Source of the DNA: Monocercomonoides exilis PA203
Lineage: Eukaryota; Protista; Preaxostyla
NCBI GenBank assembly: GCA_001643675.2
Contig: LSRY02000014.1
Span: 868,001-932,000, forward strand
Reading direction: 5' to 3'
DNA: 64,000 nt
This document shows, piece by piece, positions 22,501 through 33,800 of the stretch; position 1 is the first letter of the stretch; every line of letters starts with the position of its first letter. The translations under genes and the position numbers were made by a program. Below the pieces are notes generated by a model. The model had not been told where the DNA came from. It worked only from the letters and a program-made list of their open reading frames with translations, and did no database searches.

Positions 22501-25500
22501 ATAATGGCAATGAAGATAACAACGAAGAAGAAGAAGAAGAAGACGATGAAGAATACAACGAATTCGCCGAAGACAGAGAAGAAAAGGCCATTGAGTGGCT
22601 GAGAGCCAAGTGAGGGGGGTCAGCGCAGAAGAAAGGAGGAGTGGTGCTTCTGTCGCTCAGCCCTATCAGATGCCCTGCTGATGCTGACACTGATGATGCT
22701 GCTGATGCTGCTCCTCCAATAGGAACAGAAGAAGGGCAGACAGAAAAGGGAGGAGAAGGAGGGATTGGAGAGACAAGACAAGGGGAGTGGATGGAGGAGG
22801 CAGCAGAAGCAGAGGAAGAAGCAGGGGAAGGGCAGGAATACGGATAGTGGCTGTCTTGCTGAGGGGAAGGGGGGAAGGTGCTGAAGAGCTGGGGGAGAGG
22901 GGGAGGAGCAGGGAGAGGGGGAGAAGGAGGGAGTGGAGGTGATGAAGAAGGATGATGAGATGTGTCTCGTGAAAGAGAAGGTGATGTTTGAGGTGATTTT
23001 GAAGTGACAGAGCGATCAGAGGAAGGAGACGCAACTGGAGCAACTGGCTGGAAAGACAGCTGTATAGATGACTGAATGGAAGGGGAAGCAAAAGATGAAG
23101 GGGAAGAGGCAGAAGAGGCGGTGTAGGAGGACGTGGAAGAGGCTGTGGAAGAAGCAGTAGAAGGAGCTGTTGATGGGAGTGGAGGAGATTGATATTGAGA
23201 TTGATATTGAGATGGAGGATGCTGCTGCTGCTGTTGCTGTTGTTGAGGAGAGGCAGCTGAAGATGCCACAGTCAGTCTTATTTGTGGAGAGCCAGCCACC
23301 CGCTGCCCATTCGAAAGGGACATTTTCTTCTCACTCGTCTTCTTCCCTGTGGAATGCGCCTCGTCTCGCAGCTGCCCCGCGCTGCTGGTGATGGGGTTGT
23401 CAAATATCGTCCTCGGCTTCTCCTTCGCCTCTCCTCTTCCTCTTCCTCTTCCTCCTCCTTCGTCTTCCTCCTCATCATCCTCATCGATGTCTAAGCAGAG
23501 CGTCTCTTCGTCTGCATTCTCAAACCCAAAATGCGCCTCGACTGGCACGGTCGGCTGGTTCACCCGCTGCAGCAACCCCCTCTCCGTCACTCGCCAGCAC
23601 TCCCCATCGATTTCTGTGAGGATTCGGCACAGCTCTCTCAATGTCTCCACATCCTCCTTTGACTGCTGGTCATCTGCTTCTTCAAAGGCGCCGTGCTCTT
23701 CTTCGTATTCTTCTTCGTCCTCTCTCTCTTCATCAGCATTGTCACATTCAAGCTCTTCATCCCAGCCCATTGAATTAAAGCCAAGAATGCCTCTTCCACT
23801 TACACTTACATTTCCTCCAACTCCATCATCACCACCACCACCACCACTACACATACCTATTCCTATTCCAACTTCTCCTTCTCTTCCCCTTCCTCTTATT
23901 GCTCCTACTCCTTCTTCTTCTTCTCTCCCAATCCCTCCACTACTTCCATCTTTCCCCACAAATACATCCATCTGCTGTTCTGCTGCCCCTTGCTCCTCTC
24001 CTTCATTCCCTTCATTCCCTTCATCCCCCTTTCGCACTCGTTCCTTGATCGTGTGGATGGGCGTGCTGAACGCCTGCTGCTGACACATCGACGGCGCAGC
24101 CAGCGGAGAAAAGGAGAACTCCACACAGCGCGCGGCAGAGGCAGTGAAGGAGGGGCCAATCAATGGAGGATTTGAGAGAGCAGAAGGGGAGTGGGCAAAG
24201 AAGTGTGAGGGAGACTGCTTGCTTTCGTTGAACAGCGTTGCTGCCTCGAGCACAGCCCTCTGGCGGAACTTCGCTTCTTCTTTGGCTTTTGCGCGGCGGA
24301 GTCTTCTTCTCTCGAGATCGCTCTGAGATGTGTAGCCTGTGCCAGGTGTGATTGTTGAGGATGATGTTGATGATGATGAGGAAGAGGAAGAAGAATTAGA
24401 AGAAGATGATGAAGACGACGAAGAAGAAGCAGAAGCAGAAGCAGAAGCAGAAGCAGAAGCAGAAGCAGAAGCAGCCGCCGCTGCTGCTGCAGAATTAGCA
24501 GCAAAGGGGTCAGGCGAGCGCAAAGAGAGCGGGCGGAAGGGGAAGCAGATAGAAGGCGAGGAGCTTTCCGTTCTGCGGCCAGGCCCCCGCTGGATGTCGA
24601 GGGAGAGGGAGCGAGCGAACATGATGGTGGCAGCGGTGGAAGGCGGGGGTGTCATGCCGCGCTCAGAGCTGCGCCGGCGGAGGGCGATTGTCTGCAGCAT
24701 CTTCTTTGCTGACCAGTGCTGCTGCCGGGCGCTGATGAGGATGTTGCGCAGGGCAGTTGTGTGGCGGGTGACCGGGTCGAGGAGAGGCGCAGAGAGGGTG
24801 GCGATGAATGGCAGAGCAGCAGAGAGCGTGCGGTGGATCGTGTCGACGGAGCGGTCCATGTTGGTGTTGTCTACTGTTGGAATCTAGGGAAGGTGATGAG
24901 ATGAAGGGAGATGAAGGGAGATGAAGGGAGATGAAGGGAGGTGAAGGGAGATGAAGAGAGATGAAAGAGATGAAAGAGATGAAAGAGATGAAGGAGATGG
25001 TGGAGGAAGAAGGTATTGGAAATTGAATTGATATGATGAATGTGGTAATGAAGAGAGAAGAAATATGAAGTGAATCGTTTGATGAAGTGGTTGAAATAAA
25101 AAGATTTAATAATGAGATAGTTTCACAAGTCTCAAGATGATTGAAAATAAATAAGAAATTTCACACTTCAAAATCATTTGCTCGCTTAATGTTCTTTTTC
25201 TGAATGTATCTGATGTTAGGCATGTTTTTTACGTACTTGTTCTTTCTTGGATCAAGCGAAAGATACTTTGCTCTGACTGCTATTCTTTCGAGATGCTTTG
25301 CTTCATTGGAGATAAACACATAGAATGGTATGACTGATTTATGCTTTGTCATCAAGCGGATCATCTCATCTGGTGTTAAGTGTACTCCTTCTACGACAAT
25401 AGTTTCTCCTTTTTCTTCTGTGGAGGTGATGACAGTGTCTAAGATTTCGCACACTCTACTGCACTGTTGATAGTAACCATCCATCAAGTTTTGTTTTTCT

Positions 25501-26173
25501 TGTGAAGAAAGGTTTAATAATGCATCATCATCTTCTTTAACGATAGATAAAGTTGATGAACTTGATGTATGCTGTTTTTGAGCATATAACGATCCTGCTT
25601 CATATGTTGATACCCAGAGAGCAGCATTTTTTGGATCATTTTTATCTAAGCATGTTCGAAGAATGTGCCTGATACTATCAGTTGATACAATATTGCTAAC
25701 TCCAATTCGTGACGCAAGAACGGATGCGATTGTACTTTTCCCGCATCCAGACGTTCCACCTATAAGTATTGTACAGCTTGCACGATGTGTAACAATATCG
25801 CAAGCGGCACTCAACCTGGATATCATGTGCTCCAAAGGAAATGTTTTGTGCAGTTTTCTAAATGACATTCAAAAAACGAATTAATAAACAAAACTTTCAA
25901 AAGCCGAAAGCTTAATACGTGAGAATCAATTTACTTGCTTGTTCTGCCATATTCCAGCGCAGGCACTCAACAAAGAATTTTTTATCATTTCCTCCTAGTC
26001 TATTAAACAATTCTCCTATCAGAAGAAAGAAAACGTTGATTTAAAGTTATATTAGCATTAAGCGAACCTGCAAGTTTTTGCGAATCAAACGGTTTGCAGC
26101 CAACCAGCTGTAACATTGCCCGCAGTTGGAACTGTTGCAATGTCACCGGAGTGAGGCTTAGCCGTTGATCCAT
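19580..26173 (-). CDS. LPA1-like / 2-phosphoglycerate-kinase-like P-loop NTPase with a very long low-complexity C-terminal extension
   Basis: LQLVGCK, ILIGGTSGCGKST, VSTDSIRH, IVVEGVHL, KHLERIAVRAKYLSLDPRKNKYVK..IRYIQ; intron 25166-24884 joins DFE to IPTVDNTNMDRSVDTIH, completing the domain in frame with the 1759-aa ORF; start codon uncertain. Confidence 0.85.
24897..24996. repeat. Intronic tandem repeat of 10-mer gatgaaggga / 9-mer gatgaaaga
   Basis: About 10 units next to the acceptor of the 24884-25166 intron. Confidence 0.85.
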
Positions 26174-26421
26174 TTTTGATTAGTCACAATTATATGGTGA
26201 AAGGGTGGATTTACTCTAAATAGATCACCATCAGATCAAATTGATCAAACGCCGAAACAGAAATTCGAATATTTCATAAACATCAATAAAAACTGAAATG
26301 ATTGTGCGACATGCAAAGTGAAATGCGTTGGAAAGCAGAAGAAATGACTGCAAGCCATACTTACACAAAATTCGTGAATTGTTAGCAGAAAATACTAAAA
26401 TATCATCTTAACAAATAATAA

Positions 26422-27714
26422 TCAAAGAAATGCTTTTATTAAAATAATTGCAAATATAACTGCAATTGCAATTACAAGTATTAGAATCACTCTATTCAGT
26501 CGAAGTCCCTTTTTTTGAATAACTTCCGCCTTAAATAATATCAATCAATGATATTTTTTGTGAAAAAAAAAGAAAGAAAATAGAAAATTAAAAAAATAAA
26601 ATAAAAAATTCCGAATGAAATCAATTATTGATAATGCATTAGTTTATTGCGAAAATACAAACCTGTTCAACATTCTTTGTTCCTTCTTTTATGTGTTCTG
26701 AAGCAGTTGATAGATTATGTTCAACATTATCAAGTAATGTGCCCTGTTCAACAACCATTACAGATAAATCGTTAAACAAGACAGAAATTTCATTCATTGA
26801 ACGAGCAATTGCGCGTATGTCTTCTGTTCTCTGTGAGACTCGTTGAGTTGAATACGACATATGTTGCTCTTGCTCCTCAGTAAAGGACTTCAAAAAAAAA
26901 AAAACATCACATTTTGATAAACGAGAAAGATATAAAAGAATCAACAAACGCGCTGATATACGGCTGGATCAAATTCGTTGTCTTCTGAAACGTCAAAAAG
27001 CGATAGAGCGGAAGAAGAACTTGAAGAGCCTTGAGATTTAATCATTCCCATTCCTGTAAAAGCCGCAAAAATATTATTTAAATAGTATTTAAAAGTTTCA
27101 ATTATAAAAAACAAAATAGTCCAAATTGAGAATCCATTTCACACTTTCCATGTAAAGCTTTCTACTTTTTCGAAAAGATTGAGAAAGCGTTAAAACACGT
27201 TCTGCCAATGAACTTTGCATATTACGTCTAATTTTAAAAGACGTTTCATTTTCGCCATTTGGATAAACAATAACACCATCAATGCGCTGAGGGTAGTCAT
27301 TCCACTCTTTGGGAAATAGTCTACTCACTTTTTGATTTAATGAATTTAACCGAACGAGAACCTGATCAGATAACACTTCAATTTCATGCGAGCTCGTAGG
27401 TTCAGCATCAAATGACTTTACCACAAGTGACTCACTACATTTTGTGTGAAGTTGTTCAACTTTCAAAAAAAAAATGAGAATGAAAAAAATTCAATTTCTA
27501 TTCTCATACTCAGCTTTCCAACTGCTGAAATTTCCTTTTGGATTGCAGCTAATTCCATCTCGTACGATGATTCGGAGGTTACCCATTGCCTTTCTTTGAA
27601 AAGAAGTTCTTGCGTATCTGCTTCCCAGGAATCAATATCCACCCCTCGAAAAGAAGATTCATTAAATCTTCTTCGCATATCCACAAATTGAAAAGTTAAG
27701 TCTCGTTCAACCAT
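26422..27714 (-). CDS. Syntaxin-16/Tlg2-like Qa-SNARE, multi-exon
   Basis: N-peptide MVERDLTFQFVDMRR; SNARE motif RTEDIRAIARSMNEISVLFNDLSVMVVEQGTLLDNVEHN; C-terminal TM VILILVIAIAVIFAIIL. Confidence 0.88.
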
Positions 27715-27842
27715 AAAAATCGCTTGGAGAACCCCAAATCCAATCTTTAGAGTCAAAAACAAAATGTAATGGGAATAAACTGCAAAATTATTTTTTATTT
27801 TTGTAAAAAAAAACAAATAAAATAAATAAAAACGAAATGACA

Positions 27843-30800
27843 TTAAGAACAAGTTAAAAGCGAATGCTCCAAAAGAAGTTCCGTATTTTCTTCATCAAGA
27901 TCCATTGACACAGATTCATTATTATTATCATTTGGAAATGATTGATTATCTGCTGATTGACAATTTGAAATGTTTGCTTCTGGGATTGCAGCCATTCTCT
28001 TTAATCTTTCAACAAATTCCTCTTCTTTGTTAGCTTCTGTTTCCCAGGGAGACCAGAAAGATCTCTTTCCTACGCCCAAAGCAGAGTTTTCGTAATTTGC
28101 GTTATGAGTTTCAGTTACAAGGAGGCGCAAATGTTCGGCGAATGCTTTCTCATCTTCTGTAATCTTTGAATTAGAGGCATCAAATATTTCGCTTGAACCA
28201 TATGAGGATGTTTTCATTCTTTTAGATGATGTTCTAATTAGCTTACTATCATCGGTTTCATCTTCATCTTCGTTTTCATCCTCTCTCAATTCATCACATT
28301 CCTCGCGAGCTCTCTTTCTCTTTTTCAGCATGACAACATTTGCCAAATCAGCCAACTGCTTCATTCTCATCAAATTCACATACTTTTCATTGATTTCTGT
28401 CTCTCTTCTCGAAAATCTTGACAATCGATTCTCTTTCTGCTTCTCTTTGTGATACGAAGAGAACACCAAAAGCGCAACAGATGAAGCAAGCGATGTGCAG
28501 TTGACAGATTCATTCACAACAATAGGAACAAGCTGACTGCATCGCTCAGAAACAGACTGGGCCACTGCATTCATTGGCTGTGTGCTTTTGGAAGTCCAAA
28601 GAAGAACTAAATAAGGAATGGGCGTAACTCGCTCAAGCAACACTTCAGATAGGCAAAACATGGAATCTTTGAAGAACTTGAAAGGAAGGCTGGCAATGCT
28701 CTTCTGGATAATCCAGTGCAGTTGTCGGAATGCAGAAGAAGTGCTTTCATCAATGTTAGAACTTTCTGGCTCTTTATCTTTTCCAAACCTAACATTTTCA
28801 TCTGTTTCATCATGATCTTCAACAAGCAATGATTTCTTCACTAATTTGTATCTATGTTCCAATGTTCGCTTTTGCTTTTGACGAGAAGTGGATTCTGCCA
28901 TAACCTTGTTGAATATCTTTGGCAAATGTTCATCAGCCAGTTCAAACAACTTGATGTCCAACTGAAGGATAGAGTCATCTGGCAAAGAGGCAATAGCATT
29001 TTGCTTTGCTGATGATTGTAATGGATCACATGAAGAGTTATCTTTTCGAACTTTTGAGAGATCATAACTTGTTTCTTCAACATACTCAATTGAACCAGAC
29101 TCGCCATAATCTCCATCATAACCCATGAATTTCCTGAGCTGCTTGTTGACTGCACAAGCGAAATTGCTAGAAGGAGCAGGTGATATAAGTGAAGTCTCAG
29201 AGGCAACAGATTCTGCTCCTATTGAAGCATCAGGTGCATTCAAAGAAGAAGAAGAAGTATCATTTTTTGTTTTGCGATGCCTTTTCTTTTGCTTCTCTGT
29301 TAGTGGTTCAAATTCTGGAGCTTCGAAGAACAGCTCTCCGTATTGTCTCTTCCACGGAAGCTGAGTGAGAAAGACATGCTGATGGATGAAAGAGGAGAGG
29401 CAGAGCACAACAAGAACAGTTGCAGCGTCTGTGAATGGATGAGATGAATTAGGAAAGATAGACAAAGATCCCTTCAAGAGAAGAAGAATGGATGTTTTGT
29501 TGCAGGTGAAGAAGGCCTTGATGTGTGAGTAGATGAGATGAGGGGAAGGAATTGCAGCCAAAAGACACGAAAGAAGAGGAATTTGAGGAATGCTTTTTTG
29601 TTCAGCTCCACAAACAGGAAAGAGAGACGATGCAACAAGAGATGCAAATGGCATAAAGGATAACGAGGAAGATGAAGAGAACTCAACTTCACAGTCTGAT
29701 GTTGGATGTGAACCTTGATTTGGAGATGAAGGAGAAGATGAAGCAAAGATGGTGGAACAGTCAGAAGAAGACAGAAACGAAGAATAAAATAAGGCGAGCA
29801 TCTTGTGATGAACTGAAGCTTCTGACAAATTTGGAATGTTCTGCGCATTGAATTCTGAAATTGAGGATGAAATGTGTGTGGCGAATGCGTTCCAGAGCAA
29901 AAGGCAGAGACTAAGAGCATAGCCACCATTCAATGAAATGAGCGACTGAGAATGTGCCGATGAAGAGAGCCTGTTGTTTGCAGATGTAGCTTGATAGAAG
30001 GATGAAAGAAGAGGTGAAGTGCTGTCAGATTTGTGAGTTGAACATAAGTGTTTGGTCATTGTCTTGAAGAACAAGGGGAAAGAGGAAGAAAGAAGAGGAT
30101 ATAATGAAACAAGGAACGGAGCAAAAGAGTGTGTGAATGAGATGTTATGATGAGGAATAAGTTGACATTTGGACATTTGCTTTGAGTATTCAACAGAAAA
30201 TGCTCGTGTTGTAGGCACAGCTGTTGCATGGACAATTTTCTGAATTAGACTTTCAAGATCAGAAAAGATGAACTGTTCAGCAGGGATTTGAATTGATTCA
30301 TCGACTGGAAGAGAAAGGCGGCTCAATAAAGATTCAGATCTTGATGTGGAAAAAGAGGAAGAAGTGGAATAAAATGGGTTGTGGATAAGAAGAGTGAATG
30401 AAGTGGACTGAAGAACATTTCTGATGGCGATGTGAAGAATGGCATAAAGAAGAGAAAGCGGGTGAATTGGCAGAGAAGAGTTGTGAAATGATGCTGTGTA
30501 AAGCGGAGAATGCTCGTCAGACGAGACAAACGACAGCAAAGACTGGTGAAGTGACGAGGCTTCAGATTGGAATGGGATGGCGTTTTTGTTTCCATTGTAT
30601 TCTTCCTGCAGCAAAGATGCAACAAACAGAACGGGTAAAGGAGTGTGGAGTTGAAACTGCTGTGATTGGAGAAATGACAAAACACTGTCTGCTTCTCTGA
30701 TGTATTGGGTGAGCGATTCAGTGAGCTGTGACAAAGACAAAGCGAAAGCATCAGCATTGAAAAAACGAGAAGAAGAATAAGGAAAAGAAGACAATGAAGC

Positions 30801-33800
30801 ATTTGCCAATGGATTGGCTGTGTTAGAAAGTGATGGGATTGATAGCTGGCGAAGAAGAGCAGAGAATTGAGAGACAAAAGAGAGAGGCAGGGGAGGAAGG
30901 ATGATCAGCGATGAAAGAGCAGTTTGTGGAGATGTGGAGTTGCTGGCCGAATACAAAACATTGCAATTGGGCTGAACTTCAATTTCCTTCAGAATGCGAG
31001 AGGGAATTGAGTCAGATTGAGAACTACTGTTTGATTGAAGATTAGTATCTGTTGCTGAAGTGGATGCTGCAGACATAATGAAGCGAACAATGTTTGACAT
31101 CCATCCAGAAAATGTTGCTGTATTCAATTTATTTCCTGCAAAAGGAGCAGCAACAGGCGAAAAGATGTGTAAAGAAAAAAACGAAGAGCGAGAAGTCACA
31201 AGAGCATCCGTGTTTAACGATGAAATAGATTTCTTCATCTTCATCAAAGAGCAACCACGCAGCACATCCACAACCATCTGCGGGAATGAATGCTCTGTCA
31301 AATAAGGAGTTGATGATGCTCTTGAAGCAATTTGGTTGAGATAAGCAACAGCCGTCGCAGTTGACGACATTGCAAACATCGCAAGCAAAGCTGGCGTCTC
31401 GTTGCTCTTCCCGTTTTGATTGGCTTTCTCTGCTTCTGCAAAGTCTTTGCGAACACGCTCAATTTCGACAGACTCAACTGGAGCCAAAAAGCTTTGCTTG
31501 GATCTGTCTTGAATGGAAGAGTAAATCCGAGCCCTCACATTCTTTTTCCATCTCGTGAAATACAACATGCATATGCACTTCTCATTGAATGTGCGACGAT
31601 GCAGAGCAATCTGCTTCTTAGCACTTTTCTGCTGTTCTGCTTGTTTTTCTTCAAACTTCTTCAAACTTTCTCTTTTCTGTGCTTCTTCCTCTTCAGCCAT
31701 TTCATTTCCTTCATCCTTCGATGATATAGAAGAAAGCTCTACTTTTGATTTTTCATCTTTCTTCTCAGCTGTCATTGCATTTGTGGAATTCGAAGGAAAT
31801 ACTAAACATTCTGTTCCTTTATTTTCATTCGTTTTTAGTTCTGTCTTCGCATCCATCCATTGATTAGCGGGAAACAAATGTAAATTACTCGGTGTTTGCT
31901 GCAAAAAATCCGTTGCTTTCGACACTCCAACAGCAAACGGGTTTTCAACACTGGGTGTCGATTGAGCTGCTGCTTCTCCACCTAAAAACGGGTTAAATGG
32001 CGATTTTTGCACGGTTTTCTCAGCTGTTGCTGGCTGAGTCGTAAAGGGGGAGGGAAACAGAGTGGGAGGAGTTTCAGGTGGAATCGGGATGGGCGTTGGT
32101 GTCTGAGAGAGCATAATGTCGTCGGAGAGCTGGTCTTGCTCTGCATCAGCATCGATCTCTCGGATGAAGTTGAACCCTGGAAGATTATCCAGTGCATCAA
32201 TAGCATTGTCTGCTTTCTCTTTCTCTTCTGATTTCGATTCCTCTTTCTTTTCGCTGCTTTCAAACACAGTGGACGGAAACGATGGCTTGGGCGGTTCTGA
32301 AATCGGAGCGAAAATAACTGGGTTCGTTGCGGCAGGATGAGGGACAGCTGTAATCTTTATGAATGTGTTGTCTCCTGCTGCAGTGGTAAGAGGAGCCACT
32401 TTCTCTGATAGAAGAACCTGAACATCACTTTTGGAGGGTGTCTTTGTTTCGGCCTGTGAAGGAACAGCCGATGATGGTTGGGTAGATGGAGATGAAGAAA
32501 CTGCTGGAGAAGGATTGTTGTTGAAGAACGAGGAAAAAATGTTGAATTCTGGTGTTTTGGATTCGGTGGTTGAAGGTGCAGAAGTAGCAGAGTTAGATAA
32601 AGTGTTGGTAAATGGAGTTGTATTGTTCTTCAGAAATGGATTAGCAGCAGCAGATGTTGTTGGTGTTGTGAATACATTTGTCGTCGGTGTTAGAGATGTT
32701 TGTGCTCCTTTTGCTGTTTCTTCTTTCTGTGGAGCAGTTGACAGCGCAGATTGCAATCCTGTCGATAGATTTGGAAAGTCCTTCTTTGGAAGATTGTCAA
32801 AAGACGTGAAAGAAGGTTTCAAGCTGTCAGATGTGTGTTTTGCTGGGAGCGACATGAATGGATTGTCTGCTGATGCAAGTGGATTGGCTCCACTTTGAGG
32901 CAGAAGGGAAGATGAAGAAATAGGAGAAGATTGGGGAAATCCCGATAGTGCTGTAGGAGTTGTTGGAATTGAAGTACTCGGCAACGGGCCTTTTGAACTA
33001 GGTGTTGAGAAAATAGAAGCAAAAATTGACTTTTCTGTATTATTTTCGAGTTTTTCGTTTGAAGAGGAGTTTAATGCGATCATGAACGGATTCTGTGGCT
33101 TTTGCGGCTGTTGCTTTTTTGTTGTGTCTGTGAATGAAAATGGGTTGGACGAAGGTAAAAGCGGTTCGTTACTTGGAAATGGTTTTTCAGTTGGTTTAGG
33201 AAAATGAGCTGAAGCAGAAGTCGCAGTTGAAGAAGCAGAACTTGCGCTCAAACCAGAAGGGCGCAGAATTGAGCCAAGAGGAGTCGCAGTGAATAATGAA
33301 ATGCTGTCTTTTTTAGCTTCTCTGGCGGTCACTGTATGCTCAATGGAAGATGATGACGGTGCTGTAAAGCCTGACTGTAAAGACATGCCAGCTGCACTTC
33401 CAATTCCACTTGCAGTCAACGCTCCCCGCACAATCTGTTCTGTTGTCAATGATCCTCTTTTATTGGAAATGGCGTCTATCCTTTGAGGCGATCCAAGTGT
33501 CAACGGAATTTTTTGTGATGCTGCAGTTATTGGGGGGAAATGCACAACTTTCATTGAAACATCACTTGAATTTGGTCCGTCTTCAACAAGAAACTGATTT
33601 TTTTCAGCAAGTTCCAAAACTTCTTCATCGTTCGATAGAAGCATTATCTCCCTCAACTCGCCAACACGCCATTTAGCTCCCCTTTGGCAAGATTGCATCA
33701 CCACAGTATCCCAAACAACCTGCCTGAAAGTCTTTATTTGTCTAAACAAAAGACAGCTAAACAGGTAATTGATATTCGTTCCATTCTCTCCTTTGATTAA

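Noticed and set aside
19692-24887. Plus-strand poly-Glu ORFs and alternate-frame poly-Leu/Phe ORFs
   Set aside because: Shadows of the TCT/TCA-rich poly-Ser exon on the minus strand
25935-25940. Possible GC-AG intron donor in the LPA1-like gene
   Set aside because: A canonical GT donor about 20 nt downstream gives the correct phase
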